Shown piece by piece: positions 53,521 through 62,421 of a stretch of 64,000 bases of DNA. The position numbers and the translations under genes are program-made. The stretch is taken from the NCBI GenBank assembly GCA_016187745.1, contig JACPJC010000005.1, positions 1 to 64,000 of the forward strand, in the 5' to 3' direction. Every line of letters begins with the position of its first letter. Within the stretch, counting starts at the first letter, position 1. This DNA comes from Candidatus Iainarchaeum sp. GTDB lineage: Archaea > Iainarchaeota > Iainarchaeia > Iainarchaeales > JAXPJC01. The notes under the pieces are model-generated. The model made no database searches. It worked only from the letters and a program-made list of their open reading frames with translations, and was not told where the DNA came from.

Positions 53521-53908
53521 TTTCCGCAGCTTCCAGCTTCTGCTCAATCAATGCAATCTTTTCAATGATTATTTCAGGATTTCCCTGATACTGCCTTACG
53601 CTTCCGACAACCCTCACAAAATTTCCCTTTTTTGCAATGCGCCTTTCCTCATCGCCTGGATTGAACTTTACTGCGCTGATTTTATTGCCATCATAGAGCT
53701 GGAGCATAAGCGCGTTTTTTGCTGTGTAAGCACTTAGAATTTTCGCATTAATGCCCGCCTTCTGCATTGCCCGCCCCTGCAGTATGCCCGAAATGCTGGT
53801 CTCTGTTGGCTTCTGCTGCTCAAGGGCAAAAACTACCAGCAGCAATCCCAATACGGATGCGATTAAGGCAATTTTTGCAATATTCCCGTCGCTGAGCTCA
53901 AAAGCCAT
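53513..53908 (-). CDS. Membrane-anchored OB-fold protein
   Basis: N-terminal TM; VRVVGSVRQYQGNPEII. Confidence 0.8.
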   Translation of the reverse strand: MAFELSDGNIAKIALIASVLGLLLVVFALEQQKPTETSISGILQGRAMQKAGINAKILSAYTAKNALMLQLYDGNKISAVKFNPGDEERRIAKKGNFVRVVGSVRQYQGNPEIIIEKIALIEQKLEAAEND

Positions 53909-54011
53909 ATGAAATTAGCGCATGGAAAGGGTTATAAGTATATTCGTCAATCGCCGATAAATATAAAAACCTTTTTAAATAGAATATACCTATAGATTAA
54001 GAGGTGAAAAG

Positions 54012-54380
54012 ATGCCAAAAAGAATACCGAATTACTTTGAGATTCTGATTACGCCAAACCCGCCATTTACAAAAAAGATTCAGGGAATAGGCTTCAGGCC
54101 ATTTATAGTTGAGAATTCCACTAAATTTGATTTGCATACCCTTCCAATAAACCAGCCGGATGGAAGCGTTTTCATCCAGGTATGGGGAACAGAAAGCAGC
54201 ACCGAGGGCTTTATGCAGTTTTTAAGAGACAACAAACCGCAGAAAAATGCGGATTACAGGGTTGATTTAATCTCAAAATCATACAGAACGCAGAATCAAT
54301 TCAAAGTCCTGTATTTCATAGACGCCCTGACTCTCGGGCAGATAAAAAGAGGGGTTGACTTTGCCATCAATATGAGATGA
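54012..54380 (+). CDS. Acylphosphatase-like protein
   Basis: IQGIGFRPF, NQPDGSV; GAGGTG SD. Confidence 0.75.
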   Translation: MPKRIPNYFEILITPNPPFTKKIQGIGFRPFIVENSTKFDLHTLPINQPDGSVFIQVWGTESSTEGFMQFLRDNKPQKNADYRVDLISKSYRTQNQFKVLYFIDALTLGQIKRGVDFAINMR

Positions 54381-54399
54381 TGGCATACCTGATGCAATT

Positions 54400-55527
54400 T
54401 CATAGCAGCACCAAATTCCAGAGAATATCCCCCACAATGCTCAAAACAATGAACGCAATCAATATTGCGGGCACAAATGGAACGCTCATCTTTATGCAGA
54501 TTTCATCCTTCAGTTTTTTTTGCCTTACCAGTTTTTTAAGTTCCGCAATCTCCTCTTCGGAAACTCCGCCCGCGCGCCTTGCGCTTGCAATTATTTTCCC
54601 CTTTATGCGCATCCTTTCCGAAAGCGCGCGCATGTTCATTCCTCTGAAATAATCCCACAGCTCCCCGAAGCCGAGCGGCTTCACCCTGATTATTTTCCCG
54701 TTTCTGCTTACAATATTTTCCGCAACAATCATCCCTTCCTCCAGCGCGGTTATTTTCATCCTTTTTCTCATTGCCTCATCCCTTCCGACAACATAGAGTT
54801 TCAGCAGCAGATAGATTGCCGCAACAACCGCAAACAACACCAAAAAATCAAATGCAAGCGCATAAGCATCAAAGAACAGCGCAATTGCAATCAAAACGGC
54901 ATCAAGAGCCATCCTGATTAATTTTGGCAGCAATGCCATAACAATCAATGCAATCAGCACCAAATACGCATTCCACTTCAGTTGGATGAATATTGCATTC
55001 AGCGCACCGACCGCAATTGCAAACTCCGCAATATGCAGAAGTCTCCCCTTAATTTCAGGCATAATTATTTTTCTCAATTCCGCATTTTTCCTAATTCCGT
55101 TAATGCTCAACGCCAATCCGTAAGGAAGCATCGCAAGAACGCTGAAAACAAAAAGCGTCAATGGGAAAAGTGGAAGAGCAATTGTTTCCAACAGCGGGGC
55201 GCTTATTCCGAGCGCGCTCCCCAAAAACGCGTAATTAATGGGATTAAGCGCTGCAATTGCAGTGAATAATTTCACATCCCCGCCCGCCCAGACCCCGAAA
55301 TGATAGAGCGCATATGCAAAAACAAAAGTCGCAATTACCGCAAAAACCGTCTCATAAAACACCAGCATCTGCGCATTTGCAAGCGCATCCGCAAAATGCA
55401 GCGCAATTCCTATTGCAATCAGCCCGAAAGTGAGCCTGTTTGCAACAATGCGCTCCCTGAAATCAGTGTAAGTCGCATAGCCCAATCCGAAAACACTCAG
55501 CAGGAAATATGCAATTGAAAAATACAT
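54400..55527 (-). CDS. Second A24-family prepilin peptidase
   Basis: TYTD, WAGGDVKL, LEEGMI, PFVPAI. Confidence 0.9.
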   Translation of the reverse strand: MYFSIAYFLLSVFGLGYATYTDFRERIVANRLTFGLIAIGIALHFADALANAQMLVFYETVFAVIATFVFAYALYHFGVWAGGDVKLFTAIAALNPINYAFLGSALGISAPLLETIALPLFPLTLFVFSVLAMLPYGLALSINGIRKNAELRKIIMPEIKGRLLHIAEFAIAVGALNAIFIQLKWNAYLVLIALIVMALLPKLIRMALDAVLIAIALFFDAYALAFDFLVLFAVVAAIYLLLKLYVVGRDEAMRKRMKITALEEGMIVAENIVSRNGKIIRVKPLGFGELWDYFRGMNMRALSERMRIKGKIIASARRAGGVSEEEIAELKKLVRQKKLKDEICIKMSVPFVPAILIAFIVLSIVGDILWNLVLL

Positions 55528-55534
55528 TTTTTCA

Positions 55535-55684
55535 CTAGGCCTTTAGGTTTCCCTTCCACTCTTTTGCCATTTCCCTGTGAATTGCCTTTTTGCCCTGCTC
55601 AACCAGCCTTTGCTGCTGCTCCCTCAATTTCACATTGCGCTTCGCTTCGGCAATGAATTCCCTTACCGCTTCCTTTGCATCCAT
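55535..55684 (-). CDS. Small hypothetical protein (49 aa, MDAKEAVREF...)
   Basis: Manual translation; exactly fills the gap between thrS and the peptidase. Confidence 0.55.
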   Translation of the reverse strand: MDAKEAVREFIAEAKRNVKLREQQQRLVEQGKKAIHREMAKEWKGNLKA

Positions 55685-55691
55685 GTTCTCA

Positions 55692-57596
55692 TTAATTGCT
55701 GCTTACAAATATCGGCCTCTTGCTCAAAAGCCTTGGCAGCGCAATCGGCCTGAAGGGCATTCCCTCAGTGCGCTTCTTGATTTCCTCAATCAGCTGCCCC
55801 TTTGACATCTGCTTCTGCTCATTTGTTTTTCTGATTCTTACATTCAGCGGAGCGCCATTAATTTCTTTATCCCCTATGACAATTATGTGCTGCGCCCAGT
55901 CCTTCTCAGCATCCCTTATTTTGCGCCCAATGCTTTCCACCCTGTCATCAATATCAACCCTTATATTCTGCTTTTCAATCTCATCAGCAAGCTTGTTTGC
56001 AAATTCCAGATGGCTATCAGAGACTGTTGCAATCCTCACCTGCGTAGGGCTCAGCCAGAGGGGAAGAACAGCCCTTGCGCCCTTCTGCTGCTCCATATAG
56101 GCCTTCTCGAGCAGCGCATAAATTACCCTCTCAATCGCCCCGCAGGGGGAGAAATGCAATATTAATGGGTTTTTTTGCTGGTTGTTCGCATCAGTAAATT
56201 TCAAATCAAAGTTTTTCCCATTCTCAATGTCTATCTGGTCAGTATTGAGCGCGGAGGCCTTCTCAAGCGCATCAACAAAATTCCACTCATATTTCATTGC
56301 AAAATAGAAGAACTGCCTGTCCCACATCTCAATAAGCGCGGGCTTCCCCCATTTCTTTACAAGCCCTACCACAAACTCCTTGTTCTGCTCCCAGAATTCC
56401 TTCACAACCCTTATTGCGAATTCCAGATCATTCGGAATCTCAAACCCTATCCTTTCCTGCATATTGCGCGAAACCTCAAAGCGCCTTGACATCTCATCCT
56501 TTGCCTGCTGCATGTCCGCGCACAGCGCATGGCAGTCCGGCATTGTAAAGGCACGCAATCTCCTAAGTCCTGTAAGCTCGCCGGATTGCTCCACCCTGAA
56601 GCTGTATTTTGTCATTTCAAAAATCTTAAGCGGCAGCTGCTTGTATGAAAAGTTCGCATCATGCAGCATCAGAAATTGCCCGAAACAGGCGCTGAATCTC
56701 AGGAAAACATCCTTGTTCGGGGTTTTGATCGTATACTGCCTTGCGGGAAATCTCTCCAGATATTTTTTAAGCGAGGGATGCGCATAATCATACATTATCG
56801 GGCTTTCAATTTCAACTGCGCCATATTTGTGCATCTCATCAGAAACGAACTCCTCAAGGAGCTTTTTTACCAGTTTCCCATTAGGTGGATAGCGCATGTT
56901 CCCCGGGTCCGAACCGCTTTCATAATCCGCAATCTCAAGCTGCTTCATCATTTTAACATGCGGCGGCTCCTCCTTCGCAACCCTTACCTTCGCCATCTCA
57001 TAGCTAGCAAGCTTCTCAAGGCCCTTATAATTCCCGAAATTGAATCCCGCGACTTTCCCATTCTCATTCCTTATTTCATTCAATTTCCCGTTAGGCTCGA
57101 GCACAAACCAGCCTGATTTAAGAGTTTTTTCAGCCTTTACTGCGGTTGATTCAGCCTCTTTTTTTGTTTCAGCAGTTATCTGCCTGCTCAATTCGCTTAA
57201 TGGATGCCCCTTGCATGCAATCTCAAATGCCTTGTAATAGCCGAAGGGGCTTTTTACAACCTTGTATTTCTCTTTTGCAAGCGCCTGCTCCGCAAGAGCC
57301 ATTATTTTTACAGCGGTTTCAGGCCTGCTGGGCTTTTTCCCGAAAAGCAGATGCACATAGGGATACAGGACAATATTTTTCTCCTTAAGGCTCTGCGCAA
57401 CGCCTGCAATTTCCTTCGCGAGGTTTTCCGCAGTTCCCTCGGGATTCGCATCGTCCTCCTCAGCAAAGCTCATAAAGCAGACAAGGCATTCCTTCAGCTT
57501 CGCGCTCTTCTCCTTGGGGGCCAGAGGCTCAGCAAACTTGGTTTTCTCCCCCGCCTTGTAATTCAGCTTGTCAGAGTGTATGAATAGCACGTTCAT
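55692..57596 (-). CDS. thrS: Threonine-tRNA ligase (archaeal type with N-terminal editing domain)
   Basis: YPYVHL, CKGHPLSELSR, RFSACFG, RLRAFTMPD, GAIER, PLWLSPTQV. Confidence 0.97.
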   Translation of the reverse strand: MNVLFIHSDKLNYKAGEKTKFAEPLAPKEKSAKLKECLVCFMSFAEEDDANPEGTAENLAKEIAGVAQSLKEKNIVLYPYVHLLFGKKPSRPETAVKIMALAEQALAKEKYKVVKSPFGYYKAFEIACKGHPLSELSRQITAETKKEAESTAVKAEKTLKSGWFVLEPNGKLNEIRNENGKVAGFNFGNYKGLEKLASYEMAKVRVAKEEPPHVKMMKQLEIADYESGSDPGNMRYPPNGKLVKKLLEEFVSDEMHKYGAVEIESPIMYDYAHPSLKKYLERFPARQYTIKTPNKDVFLRFSACFGQFLMLHDANFSYKQLPLKIFEMTKYSFRVEQSGELTGLRRLRAFTMPDCHALCADMQQAKDEMSRRFEVSRNMQERIGFEIPNDLEFAIRVVKEFWEQNKEFVVGLVKKWGKPALIEMWDRQFFYFAMKYEWNFVDALEKASALNTDQIDIENGKNFDLKFTDANNQQKNPLILHFSPCGAIERVIYALLEKAYMEQQKGARAVLPLWLSPTQVRIATVSDSHLEFANKLADEIEKQNIRVDIDDRVESIGRKIRDAEKDWAQHIIVIGDKEINGAPLNVRIRKTNEQKQMSKGQLIEEIKKRTEGMPFRPIALPRLLSKRPIFVSSN

Positions 57597-57643
57597 TCCG
57601 CAGCACCACAAATATGATAAAGCCAAATATTTAATATATTATC

Positions 57644-58885
57644 ATGAGTACTTCCCCAAGCGCCGAGCTTTGCGTCAGGTGCAAAGGGCGCCTTTACTGC
57701 GGCATGCACTATTGTCCAATCCTTGAGCGCTATAAGAGCGCCAGGAGGATTACTTCTGAAATAAAGGGCACTGAATTCTCAGGGAATTCCCCCCCGGGCG
57801 TTTTTGTTTCATGGAATGATTATCCTAACATTTCCTTCGCGCCCATGTCTCCCCCGAAGGTAATGGAAAACGCGGATTTGCTTGACAATCCCGAGAAATG
57901 GTATGGCATTGCGCAGGAGGAAATTATTGCCTTCAGGGAAATACTCATAAGGGGCACAAAGAAATTCAATGCGCTTTCAGCCTCAAATCCCTCCTATGAG
58001 CTTTCCGAAATGCAGGAGATGCTGATGGCCTCAAAGCCCACGGAAGTTGAAATAAAGCTGAAATATGCCCCGAAAATTGAACTGGAATTTGACGCAAGCG
58101 CCGCGCCCTCAGGCCCAGCTGCCCCGCTTGAAAAATTCACACTTGCAGAGAACCCGAAAATCCCCAAGGACATTGATTATGCTGTAAGCGATTTTGACCT
58201 GAAGGCAAACTCCGCGCTGCAGGAACTTTATAAAAAGGAAGTTCCCGTCCATGTGCTCTACAAGCTGCTGAGCGCAGGCCTGCTCGGGGTGCAAAAGAAC
58301 AGAAAATTAACTCCCACCAGGTGGTCCATTACTGCAACCGATTCAAATTTATCCAATGCGATGATTTCGCGCATAAAGGAATTTTCAAAAATTGACTCTT
58401 ACTTGCTTTTCAATTCAAATTATTTGGATAATAATTTCTATGTCCTGCTGTTGCCAAGCGAATGGCAGTTCGAGCAGCTTGAGGCATGGCAGCCCGGAAG
58501 CCCCTGGGCGGGAAATGCTGAAAACGCGTTCATTATTTCGGATTATGAATTTTACAAAGGCAGGACAACATACGCTGACAATGTAACAGGCGCTTATTAC
58601 TCCGCAAGGCTTGCAGTCTGCGAATATCTGACGCAGCAAAAGAAGCAGGCAGGCGCAATAATTTTCCGGGAGATAGGGCCAGATTACAGGGTTCCGCTAG
58701 GGGTATGGCAGATAAGGGAAAATGTAAGATATGCGCTGAAGCAGAAGCCGCTTAATTTCTACTCCCTTGATTTGGCGCTGCATTACATTGACTCAAAGTT
58801 CAGGATTCCGATGAAATTCTGGAAAAGCAAATCAGCGCTCCTTGACGCGCACCTCAGGCAGAGAAGGATGCATGAGTGGTTCTAA
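57644..58885 (+). CDS. nreA: Nre-family DNA repair protein
   Basis: N-terminal Cys cluster, PTRWSITATD, GAYYSARL, LGVWQIRE, C-terminal PIP box QRRMHEWF. Confidence 0.94.
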   Translation: MSTSPSAELCVRCKGRLYCGMHYCPILERYKSARRITSEIKGTEFSGNSPPGVFVSWNDYPNISFAPMSPPKVMENADLLDNPEKWYGIAQEEIIAFREILIRGTKKFNALSASNPSYELSEMQEMLMASKPTEVEIKLKYAPKIELEFDASAAPSGPAAPLEKFTLAENPKIPKDIDYAVSDFDLKANSALQELYKKEVPVHVLYKLLSAGLLGVQKNRKLTPTRWSITATDSNLSNAMISRIKEFSKIDSYLLFNSNYLDNNFYVLLLPSEWQFEQLEAWQPGSPWAGNAENAFIISDYEFYKGRTTYADNVTGAYYSARLAVCEYLTQQKKQAGAIIFREIGPDYRVPLGVWQIRENVRYALKQKPLNFYSLDLALHYIDSKFRIPMKFWKSKSALLDAHLRQRRMHEWF

Positions 58886-58899
58886 CATTTTCTCTTAAT

Positions 58900-59868
58900 T
58901 CATTTCCCCGCATACTTCATGAACTGCGCGAGCAGCGCTTCCAGCTGTATCCTTTCATTTGCGCCCTCAACAATCCTGAAATTGTACTCGCCAATAATGT
59001 CAATCAGCTCAATCTTCGTTTTGCTGTCAATCTCGGTTTCAGGCATGTCAATCAGCTCCCTGTACAACTGCACAATAATGTCCTCCCCGCTCATCCCGTG
59101 CTCATAAAGCAGCGCATCAAGCTTCTGCCGCGCCTCCAGAAATTCATGTTTTAGAATGAGCTTTATCATTTCCTGGATTTCAACAGGCTTTGCGCGCGAT
59201 GCGACATTGTATATTGTGTCCTCATCAATTTTTTTGCCCAGGGAAGCTCCGGCCTGCAGTATGTTAACAGCTTTCCTCAAATCCCCCTCGCTCACGTAAA
59301 TCATCGCCTTTACCGCCTTTTCATCCATCTGCAATGATTCCTTCCCCGCAATATCCTGCAGCTTCTCCTCTATGTGCCTTGAACTCAATGGCTTGAAGCG
59401 GAACAAAACGCATCTGCTCTGCAATGGCTCAATAATGCGCGAAGAGTAATTGCATGAAAGGACAAACCTGCAGGTCTTTGTATAGCGCTCCATTGTCCTT
59501 CTCAGGGCCTGCTGCGCATCCGCTGTTAATGCATCAGACTCATCCAGAAAAATTATCTTGAATTCTGTATTGAAAGCAAGGGTGCGCGCAAAATCCTTTA
59601 TTGTAGAGCGCACAACATCTATTCCCCTCTCATCCGATGCATTCAATTCCAGGAAATTCCTCCCGGTTTCATTCCCATACAATTCCCTTGAAAGGGCAAC
59701 CGCCGCGCTTGTCTTTCCGGTTCCCGCAGGCCCTGAAAACATCAGATTCGGCATGTTCCTGTTTCTCACATATGCCTCCAGGCGCTTAACTATCTCATCG
59801 TGCCCTATTATGTCATTGAGCCTCTGCGGCCTGTATTTTTCCACCCATGGAAGATTGTCAGCAATCAT
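58900..59868 (-). CDS. rfcS: Replication factor C small subunit
   Basis: WVEKYRP, GTGKT, ELNASDERG, LDESD, QSRC. Confidence 0.97.
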   Translation of the reverse strand: MIADNLPWVEKYRPQRLNDIIGHDEIVKRLEAYVRNRNMPNLMFSGPAGTGKTSAAVALSRELYGNETGRNFLELNASDERGIDVVRSTIKDFARTLAFNTEFKIIFLDESDALTADAQQALRRTMERYTKTCRFVLSCNYSSRIIEPLQSRCVLFRFKPLSSRHIEEKLQDIAGKESLQMDEKAVKAMIYVSEGDLRKAVNILQAGASLGKKIDEDTIYNVASRAKPVEIQEMIKLILKHEFLEARQKLDALLYEHGMSGEDIIVQLYRELIDMPETEIDSKTKIELIDIIGEYNFRIVEGANERIQLEALLAQFMKYAGK

Positions 59869-59929
59869 GAAGCATCAAAATAATTAGCGTAGGGAACACT
59901 TTTAAAGTGTTTGCAGAACTATTTGTAAT

Positions 59930-60349
59930 ATGAATTTCAACTATGCCGCAAAGTTGATAGTACTCTTCATTTTCTTCTATGCTGTCCTTTTTGCCGTTTC
60001 AAATCTCATCAATCTCGGGCTGACCGCCTGGTCAAACAACCCGATGTTCTGGCTCATGCCCTTTGTGGGCTTCTTTTTCGTGTTCATTGCGATTGACTAC
60101 ATTGACAGGTATCTTGGAATAAAATTCGCAAACACGGTTTTCTTCCCGCTTGCCTTCATAATTGCGTGCTTCATCTCCTACTGGGTAGCGCTTTACATAT
60201 ATTTCGGCAATACCGCCCAGCTTTCAGGGCAGACGGCAGTTGTGTTTGACTTCTGGGAGAAGCTCAGGGCGAGCGCCTTTTTGCTGTTTGTTTTCTCGGG
60301 GCTTTTCGGCTGGCTCTCAAAAATCGCAATGGACAGAATAGGCAAATAA
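59930..60349 (+). CDS. Four-TM membrane protein
   Basis: Hydrophobic helices throughout. Confidence 0.7.
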   Translation: MNFNYAAKLIVLFIFFYAVLFAVSNLINLGLTAWSNNPMFWLMPFVGFFFVFIAIDYIDRYLGIKFANTVFFPLAFIIACFISYWVALYIYFGNTAQLSGQTAVVFDFWEKLRASAFLLFVFSGLFGWLSKIAMDRIGK

Positions 60350-60352
60350 TGC

Positions 60353-60396
60353 ATCAGAAACTGCGTTTCCCCAGGCTTCCTCATTTTCAGGAGAAA
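60353..60396 (+). repeat. Repeat family A copy, filling the intergenic gap before the MiaB-family gene
   Basis: ATCAGAAACTGCGTTTCCCCAGGCTTCCTCATTTTCAGGAGAAA. Confidence 0.72.
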
Positions 60397-60398
60397 TT

Positions 60399-61652
60399 AT
60401 GCCAAATTCAAAAACATTTTACCTTGAAACTTACGGCTGCGCGTTCAACAAGTCAGATTCTGAAATATTGTCGGGGTTCCTGAAGCAGCACAAGTTTTCC
60501 CCCGCTCCGCCGGAAAAGGCGCGCTATATAATAATAAATTCCTGCGCGGTAAAGGAGCCCACGGAAAAGAGAATGCTCTGGCGCATCGGGGAGCTGCAAA
60601 AAACTGCGGAAAAAAGCGGGGCGGAGCTGATTGTTTACGGCTGCCTGCCGAAAATAAATTCAAAAGCAATATCTGAAATTTCCGGAGAAATAACCCAAAT
60701 CGGGCCGGATTTGGGGGAGCTTGCGGATTATTTGCACCTGCATCCCGCGCAGAATGAGCTGGAAATCCCGGAAGAGCGCGCAAACAGATTCATTTCCATA
60801 ATTCCAATATGCAAAGGTTGCTTACAAAACTGCGCATACTGCTGCACCAAATTCGCCCGCGGGAAACTCAAAAGCCAGGGCATTGAAGCGATAAACAAGC
60901 GATTCCAAAGGGCAATTAAAAAAACAAGCGAAATCTGGCTAACCGCGCAGGATTGCGCGGCATATGGCGCGGACATAAAAACAGGCCTTGCTGAATTATT
61001 GGGGGCTTTATTGCAGAACAGGGGCAATTACAGGATAAGGATTGGGATGATGAACCCCCAGCATCTCCTGAAAATATATGGTGAATTTGCGGAAGTGTTT
61101 GATTCCCCGCGCATATACAAATTTTTGCATGTTCCGCTGCAATCCGGCTCCGACCGCATACTGAAGCTGATGGGAAGGGGCTACCGCGCAGATGATTTTT
61201 TGGGCTTGGCAAAAAAACTGAAAAAGGAATTCCCGGAACTTTCGCTCAGCACAGACATTATTGTGGGTTTCCCCTCGGAAACTGAAAGCGATTTCAGAAA
61301 GACAATTGAAACAATTGAAAAAATAAGGCCTGACATTGTGAATATTTCAAAATTCGGCGCAAGGCCGGGAACAAGGGCAAAGGAAATGGAACTGCAAGTT
61401 GATGGCGCAATAATAAACAGGCGCTCCGCGCTGCTGAGCAGAATATGCAGGGAAATCGGGCTTGAAACTAACAGGGAAATGATTGGAAAAAAAGCCCGGG
61501 TACTGGTTTCAGGGAAGGGCTCAAAATCCGGCTTTATTGGAAGGGCTGAAAACTACAAGCCGGTACTGCTGCGCAAAAACCTTCTCGGGAAGTTTGCCAA
61601 TGTGAAAATAACCGGCGCAAGGCAGAATTACCTTGAATGCAAACTGATTTAA
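60399..61652 (+). CDS. MiaB/MtaB-family tRNA methylthiotransferase (radical SAM, TRAM domain)
   Basis: TYGCAFN, NSCAV, GC, CLQNCAYC, QSGS, DIIVGFP.ET. Confidence 0.93.
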   Translation: MPNSKTFYLETYGCAFNKSDSEILSGFLKQHKFSPAPPEKARYIIINSCAVKEPTEKRMLWRIGELQKTAEKSGAELIVYGCLPKINSKAISEISGEITQIGPDLGELADYLHLHPAQNELEIPEERANRFISIIPICKGCLQNCAYCCTKFARGKLKSQGIEAINKRFQRAIKKTSEIWLTAQDCAAYGADIKTGLAELLGALLQNRGNYRIRIGMMNPQHLLKIYGEFAEVFDSPRIYKFLHVPLQSGSDRILKLMGRGYRADDFLGLAKKLKKEFPELSLSTDIIVGFPSETESDFRKTIETIEKIRPDIVNISKFGARPGTRAKEMELQVDGAIINRRSALLSRICREIGLETNREMIGKKARVLVSGKGSKSGFIGRAENYKPVLLRKNLLGKFANVKITGARQNYLECKLI

Positions 61653-61690
61653 ATTCCTTTCTTTCCAAGATTATAGCAAGGGGTGCATTT

Positions 61691-62416
61691 ATGGATTTGC
61701 TTACCGTTGCAGAGGAATACATTTCAAACTACAGGATTGCGCTTGGCTTCGGCATACTTCTCGTTTTCGTAATCTTTTTCGCGCAGTTCTCCGGCCTGTA
61801 CATAAGCTCAGGCTCAATCTTCATGGAATACAACCTCATGCAGCAGAATGTTTTCACAATTCTCCCGCAGATTGGCGCAATTCTGGTATACCTTGCAATG
61901 TTCTCAACCTTTGTTACCCTCCTTGTTTTTGCAGTGAAGAACGACCTGAACGTTACGAAGCGCCTTTATTACTTCACTGAGAAAATGCAGAAGTTCGGCG
62001 CAAGGGTCTTTGTTTTCTACGCAATAATGATTGCGGCGCTTTCCATTCTGGGCGCGCTTCTGATAGCGGGCGGGGCAAGCACCATTGTTACTGCACTAAT
62101 ACTGCTTGTTATTTCACTCCCCTTCATTTTTGTCGTGCAGGCGCTCATAGTGGAGGAATGCTCGCTCCGCAATGCAATACTCTATAATTTTGAATTCATC
62201 TCCGAAAACATTGACACAACAATCTATGTTATTGTGATTTCCGCAGCGCTTCTCGCAGGCCTGCAAATTGCGGAATTCTATCTCGACTCCTTTGCCCTCT
62301 CCGGAAAATTCGTCTCGCTGCTCATAATGCTGGTCCTTATAGTGCCGCTGGTTGAAATCCTGAAAACAGCCGCATACATAGTGCAGAAATTCACGCTTGT
62401 AAGAAGAGTTGTATGA
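61691..62416 (+). CDS. Polytopic membrane protein
   Basis: About six TM helices; start trimmed to MDLL. Confidence 0.75.
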   Translation: MDLLTVAEEYISNYRIALGFGILLVFVIFFAQFSGLYISSGSIFMEYNLMQQNVFTILPQIGAILVYLAMFSTFVTLLVFAVKNDLNVTKRLYYFTEKMQKFGARVFVFYAIMIAALSILGALLIAGGASTIVTALILLVISLPFIFVVQALIVEECSLRNAILYNFEFISENIDTTIYVIVISAALLAGLQIAEFYLDSFALSGKFVSLLIMLVLIVPLVEILKTAAYIVQKFTLVRRVV

Positions 62417-62421
62417 CCCTA

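Noticed and set aside
55540-55562. CCTTTAGGTTTCCCTTCC resembling family A
   Set aside because: It lacks the ATCAGAAAC arm and lies inside a plausible small CDS.
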